From an uncultured Bacteroidales bacterium (lineage in GTDB: Bacteria; Bacteroidota; Bacteroidia; Bacteroidales; VadinHA17): a DNA stretch of 64,000 bases. Below are positions 7,888 through 18,431 of the stretch, piece after piece. The position numbers were made by a program, and so were the translations under genes. Location of the stretch: contig CAWHED010000006.1 of the NCBI GenBank assembly GCA_963828395.1, forward strand, positions 216,275 through 280,274. Reading direction: 5' to 3'. Positions within the stretch are counted from its first letter, which is position 1; each line of letters opens with the position of its first letter. Under the pieces are notes generated by a model. The model saw nothing but the letters and a program-made list of their open reading frames with translations. It was not told the DNA's origin and ran no database searches.

Positions 7888-10851
7888 ATGGAGAAATTTT
7901 CTGGAAAACGGCTCTTCATGCTGACCTTCGGCATAATGATGAGTCTTGTTGTCTTAGGGCAACAGGTAAGAGTGTCAGGAACGGTTACCGATGCTGCCGA
8001 CAGATCGACTTTACCTGGGGTAAACGTCGTTGTCAGGGGTACGCTGACGGGAACCATTACCGGCATAAACGGAGAATACTCCCTGCAGGCAAAGCCCGGG
8101 GATGTTCTTGTGTTCACATTTATCGGTTATCTTCAGCAAGAGGTGGCTATTGGTAATCAGACCGTTGTCAATGTCGCCCTGCAGACTGATGTGCAGGCTC
8201 TTGAGGAAGTCGTGGTCATCGGTTATGGTACTGTTAAAAAGAGTGACAGGACCGGATCTGTAACGGCTGTAAGCTCTAAGGAGTTTAACAAGGGAGCTAT
8301 TGTCTCACCGCAGGACCTGCTGGTTGGTAAGACCGCGGGCGTTGTCATCACGACTGCCGGAGGTGCTCCGGGAAGTGGCGCAACGATACGTGTCCGCGGC
8401 GGTTCATCACTGAATGCATCAAATGACCCGTTGATCATTATTGATGGAGTGCCTATAGATAACAACAACGTATCAGGAAGCTCAAACTTCCTTTCATTTG
8501 TTAATCCCAATGACATTGAGACATTTACCATCCTCAAGGATGCCTCTGCAACCGCAATCTACGGCTCAAGGGCATCAAACGGCGTTATTCTCATAACAAC
8601 CAAGAAAGGTAAGGCTGGCACTCCGTTTACCGTTTCCTATGACGGAAATGTTTCAGTTGCCAATCCCATTGCTTTTCTGGATGTATTTTCAGGTGATGAA
8701 ATGAGGCAGATAGCATACGAAAAGGCCCAGGCTGGTCTTTACGATATTGATGACCTCAGCCTTCTCGGTTCGCAGAACACGAACTGGCAGAAAGAGGTCT
8801 TCCGCACAGCCGTGTCAAGTGATCATAACCTAAGCATGTCAGGTGCTGTTAAAAACTTCCCGTATCGTTTTTCAGTAGGATACACTGATCAGAATGGTAT
8901 CATGAAGAACACTGATATGAAGAGGTTCACGGGCTCTCTGAATCTTAACCCTACCTTCTTCGGTGATGCCCTGAAGGTAAACCTCAATCTTAAAGGGATG
9001 AATACCCACCAGAATTTTGGTGACTCCGGAGCTAACGGATCAGCAATCAGTATGGACCCGACCCAGGCTGTCATGGATGGCAATGAATCTTCAGCCGGAT
9101 ACTACCAGTGGGAAAATTACAACGCCAACCTTGGCACTCCCAACCCGGTTGAACAGGCGCTGGCAGGAGATAACAGATCGATTGTGAACAGGGTGATCGG
9201 AAACATTCAGCTGGATTATGCAATGTTTTTCCTCCCCGAACTCCATGCAAACCTTAATTTGGGTACTGATTATTCAACAAGTGACGGGCATAATAACCGG
9301 CCTGTGACTTCCCCGTCAACACTGACAAGTCCTCTGAATGGCAGGCTGACTGATTACAGCGGAACGAACAGAAATAACCTCCTCGATTTCTATCTCAACT
9401 ATGTAAAGGATCTGACCAGCATCAGCAGCAGGATTGATGCCACTGCCGGATATTCATGGCAGCATTTTCAGAGGGAGGGTGACAACTATTCCCGCGGTAT
9501 TATTGATGAACAGCATCAGCAATACACGAAGTCGGACAGCTCCTCATATATAACTGAGAACTACCTTGTATCATTCTTCGGTCGTGTGAATTACGTCCTG
9601 AATGAAAAGTATTTTCTGACCGCAACGGTGCGTGAGGACGGATCATCACGTTTTGCAGAGGATAACCGCTGGGGGCTCTTTCCCTCAGTTGCCCTGGCAT
9701 GGAAAATCAAGAATGAGTCCTTCCTGACAAATGTTAAAGCTATCACCGACCTGAAACTCAGGTTAGGCTGGGGTGTTACCGGCCAGCAGGATATCGGAAA
9801 TGATTATCCTGCCCAGGCAGTGTACAGAGAGTCATTGCAGGGTTCTTACTATCCCATAGGAGGACATTTCCTGCCTACCCTGAGGCCAAATGCTTATGAC
9901 CCTGATATAAAATGGGAGGAGACAACCACCCTGAACGCAGGACTTGACTTCGCCTTTGTTGCTGACCGTATCATCGGTTCGCTTGATGTCTACAAGAGAA
10001 CTACCAATGATATGCTGAATACGGTAACAATACCCAGCGGAAGCAACTTCTCAAACACTCTTCTCACAAACGTGGGCAGCATGGAAAACAGAGGTATTGA
10101 GCTCTCTCTTAATGTGGTTCCGGTTTCAACATCAGCTATGTCACTCAACATAGGTTTCAACGCAACTTATAACCAGAATGAGGTCACAAAACTGCTGATC
10201 ACTGATGATCCCAATTACATAGGTGTCCTTTACGGTGGCGGTATGACCGGCACGTTCCAGGTGACGAGAGTAGGATATCCGGTCAGATCATTTTTTGTCA
10301 ACAAACAGGTTTATGATGCAGACGGAAATCCTATCGAAGGCCTTTATGTTGATCTCTCACAGCAGGGAGGAGTTGTCAACGGAGATAACGCTGACAAATA
10401 CATCTACCATAGCCCGGCCCCTGAATGGCTGCTTGGCCTCTCGGCAAGATTTGAATATAAAAACTTAGATCTTTCGGCTTCAGCCCGAGGCAGCATAGGC
10501 AACTATGTTTACAACCAGGTGGCAGCAGGTGCATCTTATGACCAGCTGTATCAGATAGGCTACTTTAAGAATTTCACGAAGGCACTGGCCGAGACCAATT
10601 TTGTCAAGCGTCAGTTCACCAGCGATTATTATGTTGAGAATGCCTCATTCCTGAAACTTGACAACGTAAGTGCAGGATACAGGTTCGACAACCTTTTCGG
10701 CGCAGTTGGCGCCCGCCTGAGCTTCACGGTGCAGAATGCCCTGATATTGACAAAATACAGCGGCATTGACCCCGAGGTCAATGGAGGTGTTGACAACAAT
10801 TTCTATCCAAGACCCCGCACCTTCATACTAGGCTTAGGGCTTACCTTTTAA
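7888..10851 (+). CDS. susC: SusC/RagA TonB-dependent outer-membrane transporter
   Basis: CarboxypepD-like N-domain, plug motif KDASATAIYGSRASNGVILITTKKG, C-terminal YPRPRTFILGLGLTF. Confidence 0.97.
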   Translation: MEKFSGKRLFMLTFGIMMSLVVLGQQVRVSGTVTDAADRSTLPGVNVVVRGTLTGTITGINGEYSLQAKPGDVLVFTFIGYLQQEVAIGNQTVVNVALQTDVQALEEVVVIGYGTVKKSDRTGSVTAVSSKEFNKGAIVSPQDLLVGKTAGVVITTAGGAPGSGATIRVRGGSSLNASNDPLIIIDGVPIDNNNVSGSSNFLSFVNPNDIETFTILKDASATAIYGSRASNGVILITTKKGKAGTPFTVSYDGNVSVANPIAFLDVFSGDEMRQIAYEKAQAGLYDIDDLSLLGSQNTNWQKEVFRTAVSSDHNLSMSGAVKNFPYRFSVGYTDQNGIMKNTDMKRFTGSLNLNPTFFGDALKVNLNLKGMNTHQNFGDSGANGSAISMDPTQAVMDGNESSAGYYQWENYNANLGTPNPVEQALAGDNRSIVNRVIGNIQLDYAMFFLPELHANLNLGTDYSTSDGHNNRPVTSPSTLTSPLNGRLTDYSGTNRNNLLDFYLNYVKDLTSISSRIDATAGYSWQHFQREGDNYSRGIIDEQHQQYTKSDSSSYITENYLVSFFGRVNYVLNEKYFLTATVREDGSSRFAEDNRWGLFPSVALAWKIKNESFLTNVKAITDLKLRLGWGVTGQQDIGNDYPAQAVYRESLQGSYYPIGGHFLPTLRPNAYDPDIKWEETTTLNAGLDFAFVADRIIGSLDVYKRTTNDMLNTVTIPSGSNFSNTLLTNVGSMENRGIELSLNVVPVSTSAMSLNIGFNATYNQNEVTKLLITDDPNYIGVLYGGGMTGTFQVTRVGYPVRSFFVNKQVYDADGNPIEGLYVDLSQQGGVVNGDNADKYIYHSPAPEWLLGLSARFEYKNLDLSASARGSIGNYVYNQVAAGASYDQLYQIGYFKNFTKALAETNFVKRQFTSDYYVENASFLKLDNVSAGYRFDNLFGAVGARLSFTVQNALILTKYSGIDPEVNGGVDNNFYPRPRTFILGLGLTF

Positions 10852-10872
10852 TTTGTAAAATGATAAGCAGAT

Positions 10873-12507
10873 ATGAATAAAAAGATTGTAATATTCGGAA
10901 TTATACTTTCAGCACTGATGATCTCATCATGCGTGAAAGACCTGGATGTCACCCCGCAGGACCCGACCAGAATACTGGCAGGGAACCTGGGTGATGATCC
11001 TGTTTATATGCAGGAGGTCCTGGGTAAGATCTATGCAAGCTTCCTCATCTCGGGGCAGGACGGCACCAGAGCAGGTGCTGATATAGATGCTTCTGACGAA
11101 AACTTCTTCACCACCATGAGGGCTCTCTGGAACCTTCAGGAGATCACCACTGACGAAGCTATCTGCGGATGGGGCGATGCCGGTATAGCTGACCTTAACA
11201 CTATGACATGGAGCCCTACCAACCAGTTCCTCACAGCTCTGTTTCAGCGTCTCAGTCTCAGCGTCACATACGCAAATGACTTTATTATAAAAACTCAGGG
11301 AAATACCGATCCTGATATCGTAAAATATGTAGCTGAAGCGCGCTTTCTGAGAGCTCTGGCTTACTACTGGGCAATAGACCTCTTCGGCAAGTTCCCCTTC
11401 ACCACTGAAGCAGACGGCGTTGGCAAGTTCTTCCCCCAGATAGGTTCAAGAACTGAGATATTCAATTATGTTGAGTTTGAACTGCTCGAAATACAGAATA
11501 CTCTCGGAGCTCCAAAATTCTCATATCCGCAGGCTGACCAGGCTGCAGCATGGATGCTGCTTGCCAGGTTATACCTTAATGCCGAGGTCTACACAGGCAC
11601 TGCCAGGTGGGAAGACTGCAAGACCTACTGCGACAAGGTGATCGGCAGCGGAAGCTACTCGCTTGCAACTAATTACAGGCAGAATTTCAGCGCAGACAAT
11701 GACGGCGCCCATAACCCTGAGATGATCTTTGCCTGGGAACAGGACGGGATTTATACGCAGGGTTATGTTGGTACAACCTTCATTATTGAGTCATCCAGCG
11801 ATGCAGTCTATGTAAGGGCTGAAGATTTCCACGGACTGACTTCGAACACAAACTGGAACGGCAACCGTGCCAGGGTAAATTTCATGAATATTCTGGTTGA
11901 CACTGTTGCAACATACGGCAATATTCCTGTACCGGCCACTGATCCTACCTTTTCACTGGCCAAGGACAAGCGTGTCTTCCTGAAAATGAAGAAATCAATG
12001 AATATCCCGAGCGCATCCTCAAGTGGCGATTATGGTATCGGCGTTTATAAATTCACAGCCAAGAATGCTGATGGATCGAGACCGGCCAACTATAGCACTG
12101 CTTTTGCATGCACCGACTTCCCGATCTTCCGGCTGGCTGACGCATATATGATGAGGGCTGAAGCACTCTTCAGAATAGGCGGAGCTGCAAATATCGATGC
12201 TGCTGTGGCTGATATCAACTTAATAAGGGAACGTGCATACGGTAATACCACCGGTAACATCACCGCTACCGACCTTGACCTTGATTTCATACTTGATGAG
12301 CGTTGCCGCGAATTCTATTACGAGGCGCAAAGACGTACCGACCTTGTACGCTTCGGCAAATATACCGGCGGGGAATACTTGTGGCAGTGGAAAGGCGGCA
12401 CATTCGCAGGCCTGAGCACTTCCGAGCACATGGATCTTTTCCCGATCCCAGGTGATGAGCTCTCAGCCAATCCGAATTATAACGGAGTGAATAACCCCGG
12501 TTATTAA
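10873..12507 (+). CDS. susD: SusD/RagB glycan-binding lipoprotein
   Basis: Lipobox ISSC, EARFLRALAY, RLADAYMMRAEA, ER..EF..E..RRTDLVRFG. Confidence 0.96.
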   Translation: MNKKIVIFGIILSALMISSCVKDLDVTPQDPTRILAGNLGDDPVYMQEVLGKIYASFLISGQDGTRAGADIDASDENFFTTMRALWNLQEITTDEAICGWGDAGIADLNTMTWSPTNQFLTALFQRLSLSVTYANDFIIKTQGNTDPDIVKYVAEARFLRALAYYWAIDLFGKFPFTTEADGVGKFFPQIGSRTEIFNYVEFELLEIQNTLGAPKFSYPQADQAAAWMLLARLYLNAEVYTGTARWEDCKTYCDKVIGSGSYSLATNYRQNFSADNDGAHNPEMIFAWEQDGIYTQGYVGTTFIIESSSDAVYVRAEDFHGLTSNTNWNGNRARVNFMNILVDTVATYGNIPVPATDPTFSLAKDKRVFLKMKKSMNIPSASSSGDYGIGVYKFTAKNADGSRPANYSTAFACTDFPIFRLADAYMMRAEALFRIGGAANIDAAVADINLIRERAYGNTTGNITATDLDLDFILDERCREFYYEAQRRTDLVRFGKYTGGEYLWQWKGGTFAGLSTSEHMDLFPIPGDELSANPNYNGVNNPGY

Positions 12508-12525
12508 TCTTTAAACTATAGAGCA

Positions 12526-13572
12526 ATGAAGAAAAATTTAATAATATATCTGACATTCATTGGATTACTGGGCCTTTTCACAGGTTGTGAAGAGGACGGT
12601 ACAAAGGTCGTGATACTGACCAATCCGATTGCTCCGACGCTCAAGACGGTGCCTGACATGACCCTTTCGAGGGCCAACGCCGCTCAGGTGCTTGAGTTTG
12701 TCGGCACTCCTGTTGATCCGGGATTCCAGGCTTCAGCCACTTACAATCTTGAGGCTTGCGCCCCGGGAAATGCTTTTGCTGATGCAGTAACTATATATTC
12801 AGGAACTCAGGATACCTCCATTAAAATCACCCAAAGTGATCTCAACGGGATCCTTCTTAGAAAGTTCCCGGCAGACGCAGTCTCTTCGGTTGACTTCCGG
12901 ATCAGATCCGTTCTTGTTGTGGATGCCGGTACCGGAGCACCCGGTACTTCAGCTGATCCGATGGTATATTCTTCAGCTGCCAGGACAGCAGATGTTACCA
13001 CATATGGTCTTCCCCGCCTTGACCTGATAAATTCAGGCCTTACACAGAAGATTGAATCAGCCAAGGGCGACGGTAAATATTTTGGTTATGTCAAGCTTGA
13101 TGCTGCCAATCCGTTTACCTTGCTTGACCCTGATTCAGGTACTGCTTACGGAGCCAGCGGATCTGCACTTGCGGTAAACGGTGCAGCCATTACGGTTGGA
13201 GCCACAGGATGGCATAAACTAACTGTTGATGTCAACGCACTGACTTACAAGCTTGAAGCCTATATGATCGGGCTTGTCGGGTCAGCAACACCGAACGGAT
13301 GGAATTCACCGGACAGTAAAATGGATTATGACTCCACAACTGGTACATGGTCTATAACTATCACCCTCGTTGCCGGAGACATAAAATTCAGGCTTAATGA
13401 CGGCTGGGCATGGAACCTTGGTTATAATCCGGCTAACACAGGTAAACTGACTGATCTTTTCCATAACGGTGATAATATTACTGTAACACCTGGTAATTAT
13501 ACCATCACATTGACTATAACACAACCAACAGGGCCAACCGAAGCCGGTTCATGTACATTAGTTACAAACTAA
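12526..13572 (+). CDS. susE: SusE-like starch-binding lipoprotein
   Basis: Lipobox FTGC; SusE N-domain; GLVGSATPNGW...IKFRLND.W CBM repeat. Confidence 0.8.
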   Translation: MKKNLIIYLTFIGLLGLFTGCEEDGTKVVILTNPIAPTLKTVPDMTLSRANAAQVLEFVGTPVDPGFQASATYNLEACAPGNAFADAVTIYSGTQDTSIKITQSDLNGILLRKFPADAVSSVDFRIRSVLVVDAGTGAPGTSADPMVYSSAARTADVTTYGLPRLDLINSGLTQKIESAKGDGKYFGYVKLDAANPFTLLDPDSGTAYGASGSALAVNGAAITVGATGWHKLTVDVNALTYKLEAYMIGLVGSATPNGWNSPDSKMDYDSTTGTWSITITLVAGDIKFRLNDGWAWNLGYNPANTGKLTDLFHNGDNITVTPGNYTITLTITQPTGPTEAGSCTLVTN

Positions 13573-13599
13573 TCGTGAGAATATCTAAAAGAAAGATTT

Positions 13600-15441
13600 A
13601 TGAAAATAAAATCAATATACAAAATGATGATGGTCCCTGTGGCTGCCGCAATACTTTTTACCGGCTGCACAAAGGAGACATCGGATGTAAGGCTTGACCC
13701 GAAGCTGGGTACAGCCAAGATTACCAACATAACATCAAATTCGGCAATGGTGCAGGGATTTGTTGTAGCTCAGGGCGACGGCTTTACCGAAAGGGGTATT
13801 TGCTACGATATTGCAGCAAGCCCCACAGTGGCGAAGTCGAAGACCCTGTATACAGGGTCACTGACCTCAGCCACCTTTGATGTGGCTATTGCAGGACTGA
13901 ATTATGCTACGCAGTATTTTGCGCGCGCATATGCTGTCGGACCGACAGGTACTTTTTACGGTGAAGAGATGACCTTTACAACCCTGCCGGTTGTTCCGAC
14001 TCTTACAACTGCAGCAATAACGGCAGTAACCGGTAACTCAGCTGCTGGCGGAGGCGAAGTGACCGTTTCCGGCGGAGCTGATGTAACTGCCCGCGGTATA
14101 TGCTGGGATATAGCCGAAAATCCGACTATAGCCAAAAGCAAAACCACTAACGGGGAAGGTATAGGAGCGTTTACCAGCGCCATGACCGGCCTGCTTGGCA
14201 ATAAGACATACTATGTACGTGCTTATGCAACCAACAGTGCAGGTACCGGTTACGGTCCGCAGGTCTCCTTCAAAACAGATACTGACCTGCCTGCAGTGAC
14301 AACGACACCGGTGACAGAGATCACCAAGATCTCAGCAGTGTCAGGCGGTAATGTGACATATGACGGTGGCGGCACCATCAGTGCCAAAGGCCTCTGCTGG
14401 AGTTTGGATGCTGATCCGGACCTGACTGACAATGTCATTGCAGGCGGAACCGGAACCGGAGAATTTGTAAGCAACCTGACCGGGCTCACGTTATATACAA
14501 CGTATCATGTACGCGCTTATGCAACCAACAGCAAAGGAACCGTATACGGAAGTGATATTCAGTTTACCACACTGGCAAACACCCGCACGTGGAATGTGCC
14601 GGGCGGCTATGTGGCAGCAAGCTATCCGGGTGCAGGCTACAGCGACTGGTCACCGGGGTCATCGCCACAGGTGAAGAGCACTATTACTGCTCCGGACGCT
14701 ATCGAAGGATATGTTTATATGGCCGGCGCTTCAAACGAATGGAAGTTCGCTACCCAGAATGACTGGTCAGGTCCGAATTATGGCTCTGGCACACCAGCCG
14801 GCACGTTAAGTGAAACAGGCGGTAATATTGTATCACCTGCAGGCTATTATAAGCTTAATGTAAATGCAGCAGTTAATCCTATAACGTACACTGCCGTCGC
14901 AACGGTATGGGGTGTTATCGGTGATGCCACACCGGGAGGCTGGGGCGATGAAACAGCGCTGACATACAATCCGACACTCAGGATCTGGACGGGCGCAATG
15001 AATCTTACTGCCGCTGCAATCAAGTTCAGGGCCAACCATGACTGGGGCTATAATTATGGCGCTCCTGCAGGAAGCCAGAATCTTGTTGCCGGTGGTGACA
15101 ACATTTCGATATCAATGGCTGATGTGTATGCTATCACCCTTGACCTGAGCCATCCTAATGAGTATACATATAGGGCAGACAGATGGGGTATAATAGGAAG
15201 CGCAACTGCCGGTGGATGGGATTTTGATCAGAACATGACATGGAATGCCGTCAACGGTGTCTTCACGGCTACTCTGACACTGACTGCCGGTGACATCAAG
15301 TTCAGGGCTAATGACGACTGGGGTTATAACCTGGGGGGCCCGCTCGGTGCTCTGACACCAAACGGTTCAAATATTCCTGTTGCAGCCGGTACCTATACCA
15401 TTACTCTTAACCCATGGACAATGGTTTGCACAATAAACTGA
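13600..15441 (+). CDS. SusF-like starch-binding lipoprotein with three N-terminal FN3-like repeats
   Basis: Lipobox FTGC; three ~95-aa repeats ending (T)YYVRAYATN; C-terminal GVIGDATPGGW/KFRAN.DW CBM repeats. Confidence 0.8.
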   Translation: MKIKSIYKMMMVPVAAAILFTGCTKETSDVRLDPKLGTAKITNITSNSAMVQGFVVAQGDGFTERGICYDIAASPTVAKSKTLYTGSLTSATFDVAIAGLNYATQYFARAYAVGPTGTFYGEEMTFTTLPVVPTLTTAAITAVTGNSAAGGGEVTVSGGADVTARGICWDIAENPTIAKSKTTNGEGIGAFTSAMTGLLGNKTYYVRAYATNSAGTGYGPQVSFKTDTDLPAVTTTPVTEITKISAVSGGNVTYDGGGTISAKGLCWSLDADPDLTDNVIAGGTGTGEFVSNLTGLTLYTTYHVRAYATNSKGTVYGSDIQFTTLANTRTWNVPGGYVAASYPGAGYSDWSPGSSPQVKSTITAPDAIEGYVYMAGASNEWKFATQNDWSGPNYGSGTPAGTLSETGGNIVSPAGYYKLNVNAAVNPITYTAVATVWGVIGDATPGGWGDETALTYNPTLRIWTGAMNLTAAAIKFRANHDWGYNYGAPAGSQNLVAGGDNISISMADVYAITLDLSHPNEYTYRADRWGIIGSATAGGWDFDQNMTWNAVNGVFTATLTLTAGDIKFRANDDWGYNLGGPLGALTPNGSNIPVAAGTYTITLNPWTMVCTIN

Positions 15442-15488
15442 GTGGAAACCAGAATAACATAACGGTTTCTGCAGCATAGTTTTTTAAT

Positions 15489-15526
15489 ATCAAAAACCTC
15501 TTCTTGTTTCAGAAGAGGTTTTTGAT
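15489..15526. terminator. Strong hairpin terminator/attenuator between the susF-like gene and the amylase
   Basis: Perfect 16-bp stem ATCAAAAACCTCTTCT / AGAAGAGGTTTTTGAT. Confidence 0.85.
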
Positions 15527-15573
15527 TAATTTCAAAAGTAAATGCATTTTATCACCCCACTAAAAGATGAACG

Positions 15574-18384
15574 ATGAAAGCTAAACTGCCGGTACTGATC
15601 ATTGCCTTGCTTGAGTGGAGCTTAACAGTGAATTCACAGGTTATTACCGTCAATCCGGTGTTTCCCACATCTTCAGATGCTGTTGTAATCACTTTCAACG
15701 CAGATAAGGGAAACATGGGGCTTAAAGATTACCCCGGTGACGATGTCTATGCTCATGCGGGAGTGATCACTGACCAGAGCACAGACGGATCAGACTGGAA
15801 ATACGTAATTGCAGCCTGGGGTACTAATCTGCCCAAAGCGAAGCTCACAAAAGTGTCTGCAAATGTATATACTCTGACCATCTCTCCTTCGATCAGGGAG
15901 TTCTACGGTGTGCCCGCAGGGGAGAAGATACTTAAGCTTGCATTTGTCTTCAGAAATTCCGGCGGCGCTGTAACCGGACGTGATGTTGGCGGGACTGACA
16001 TTTTTTATGATGTCAGCGAAGCAGCCACCTTTCAGTTAATGCTCTCGCAACCCGACAGCTACACTTCACTTGTAAATTCCGGACAGCTGGTACCGGTTCA
16101 GGCTTCTGCCTCGGTATGCGATTCCATGATACTCCTGCAGAACAACGTCAGGATCACAAAAGTTACCGCAACGACTCTCACACATGACATTACTGCAGCA
16201 GGGTCAGGGCTTTTCAAGCTGGTTATAAGAGCATGGTATAATAATGTCATGAAGGCGGATTCGGCCTTCTATTTTATACGTACGACAGCCGTAACAGAGG
16301 CGGTGCCGGCCGGACTAAAACCCGGGGTCAATGTTACGGGTGACAACAGCGCCACTTTCCTTGTTTATGCACCGGGCAAGAACAGCATTTTTGTGATGGG
16401 CGACTTCAACGACTGGCTCTACTCTGATGCGGGCTTCATGAAAAAAAGCCCTGACGGCAACTGGTTCTGGCTGGCGGTTTCAGGTCTCGATCCTGCAAAA
16501 GAGTACGGTTTTCAGTATATGATCGATGAATCAATACGGATCCCTGACCCCTATGTCACAAAGGTGCTTGACCCGTCGAATGACAAATATATCGATGCAG
16601 CAACATACCCTGATCTCAAACCTTATCCGGACGGAAAGGCTGACGGTCTGGTGGCTGTCTTCCGGACCCGTCCGGCACAATATGCTTGGGAAAATAGCCC
16701 ATTCATCCCTCCGGCAAAGGAGGATCTTATTATTTACGAGCTCCTTGTCCGTGATTTCGTAGCGGCGCACGATTTCAATACGATCCGTGATACGCTTGAT
16801 TACCTTGACAGGCTGGGAGTGAACGCCATTGAATTCATGCCTGTAAATGAGTTTGAAGGGAACAACAGCTGGGGGTATAACCCTTCAATGTATTTTGCCG
16901 TTGATAAGTACTACGGGACAGCCGACAGCTTTAAGGAGTTGATCGATTCATGCCATGGCCGCGGAATAGCAGTTATTATGGACATGGTGCTTAACCATGC
17001 ATACGGGAGCAATCCCCTGGTGAGAATGTACTTCAACAACGTCACCAATCAGCCTGCTGCAAACAACCCATGGTTCAATGTCAGTGCGCCTCACACTGCA
17101 TTTAGCTGGGGATATGATTTCGATCATCAGAGTAATGTCACACAGGAGTTTGTTGACAGTGTCTGTCATTACTGGATCAGCGAGTTCAAGGTTGACGGGT
17201 TCAGATTTGACTTTACCAAAGGATTTACAAATACACCAACCAGTACCGATGCCGCCATGTCGGCATATGATCCTTCCAGGATTGCTATTCTGAAACGTAT
17301 CGGGGATAAGATCTGGTCATACAAGCCTGACGCCGCACTGATCCTTGAACATTTTACCGGTAACACGGAAGAAATGGAACTTGCATCATATGGTTTCCTC
17401 CTCTGGGGTGACGGTAAATGGAGGTACCAGGAACTTTCAAAGGGCAATGCCGCAGATCTGTCTGAAGCATCATGGAAAAACCTGGGCTGGTCTGTGCCAG
17501 GCGTCGTTGACTATATGGAGAGTCACGACCAGGAAAGGATCATGTACCTTAATCTATCCAGCGGCCAGGCGGTCACAGGATATGATATCAGGGAATTCAA
17601 GACCGCCCTGAAGAGGGTTAAGCTGTGTGCAACATTCTTCCTTACTATTCCCGGCCCGAAAATGTTATGGCATTTTCAGGAGCTGGGTTATGATTATGCT
17701 TTCAATTACAACAATGACCCGCTCGGGCCAAAGCCCGTCAGATGGGATTTTTATACTGAGGCTGACAGAAAGAATCTCTATAATAATTTCGCAGCCCTGA
17801 TAGCTCTCAAAAAAAACAATCCGGCTTTCTCCTCAGACAATTACTCGCTGTACCAGGCCGGCAAGATGAAAAGGGTGAATATACAGGATGCTGATATGGA
17901 TGTGGTTGTACTTGGTAATTTTGACCTCTCGCCGCAGACAATTGATCCGAATTTTACGAAAACAGGCACCTGGTATGAATTTTTCAAAGGCACGACACTT
18001 GACGTGACTGCTGCCAGTCAGAATACGCCAATTTCGCTTTTGCAGGGTGAGTACAGGCTATATACCTCAAAGCTGGTGACCCGTCCGTCATTCCTTACGG
18101 ACATTGACGAACAGGCGGCTGACGACAGCAATGCCGGGCTCCTGTTTGATGTGTATCCAAATCCGTTTACGGAAGAGACACAGATCAGGTTCACTGGTGA
18201 TGATGTTTACCAGCCTCATACGGTAGAGGTCTTCTCCGCGGATGGAGCGAGGGTGCATATTCTTGCTTGTCCCGCAGGTATCAGCGAGGTGTCGCTTGAT
18301 GGTACTTGTTTTGCCAGCGGGATATATTACGTCAGGGTCACCTCAGGCAGACTCTATTCGGTAAAGAAGATTGCCAGGTTATAA
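15574..18384 (+). CDS. Secreted GH13 alpha-amylase/pullulanase-like enzyme with T9SS C-terminal domain
   Basis: Signal peptide; CBM48-like region; WGYNP, DMVLNH, DGFRFDFTKG, YMESHD; C-terminal VYPNPF...GIYYVRV..KKI sorting signal. Confidence 0.92.
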   Translation: MKAKLPVLIIALLEWSLTVNSQVITVNPVFPTSSDAVVITFNADKGNMGLKDYPGDDVYAHAGVITDQSTDGSDWKYVIAAWGTNLPKAKLTKVSANVYTLTISPSIREFYGVPAGEKILKLAFVFRNSGGAVTGRDVGGTDIFYDVSEAATFQLMLSQPDSYTSLVNSGQLVPVQASASVCDSMILLQNNVRITKVTATTLTHDITAAGSGLFKLVIRAWYNNVMKADSAFYFIRTTAVTEAVPAGLKPGVNVTGDNSATFLVYAPGKNSIFVMGDFNDWLYSDAGFMKKSPDGNWFWLAVSGLDPAKEYGFQYMIDESIRIPDPYVTKVLDPSNDKYIDAATYPDLKPYPDGKADGLVAVFRTRPAQYAWENSPFIPPAKEDLIIYELLVRDFVAAHDFNTIRDTLDYLDRLGVNAIEFMPVNEFEGNNSWGYNPSMYFAVDKYYGTADSFKELIDSCHGRGIAVIMDMVLNHAYGSNPLVRMYFNNVTNQPAANNPWFNVSAPHTAFSWGYDFDHQSNVTQEFVDSVCHYWISEFKVDGFRFDFTKGFTNTPTSTDAAMSAYDPSRIAILKRIGDKIWSYKPDAALILEHFTGNTEEMELASYGFLLWGDGKWRYQELSKGNAADLSEASWKNLGWSVPGVVDYMESHDQERIMYLNLSSGQAVTGYDIREFKTALKRVKLCATFFLTIPGPKMLWHFQELGYDYAFNYNNDPLGPKPVRWDFYTEADRKNLYNNFAALIALKKNNPAFSSDNYSLYQAGKMKRVNIQDADMDVVVLGNFDLSPQTIDPNFTKTGTWYEFFKGTTLDVTAASQNTPISLLQGEYRLYTSKLVTRPSFLTDIDEQAADDSNAGLLFDVYPNPFTEETQIRFTGDDVYQPHTVEVFSADGARVHILACPAGISEVSLDGTCFASGIYYVRVTSGRLYSVKKIARL

Positions 18385-18389
18385 ATAAA

Positions 18390-18419
18390 ACAGAGCATGA
18401 GGTCCTCCCCATGCTCTGT
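18390..18419. terminator. Hairpin between the convergent PUL operons
   Basis: ACAGAGCATG / CATGCTCTGT inverted repeat between convergent stops. Confidence 0.7.
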
Positions 18420-18431
18420 GCTCCATGCCAA

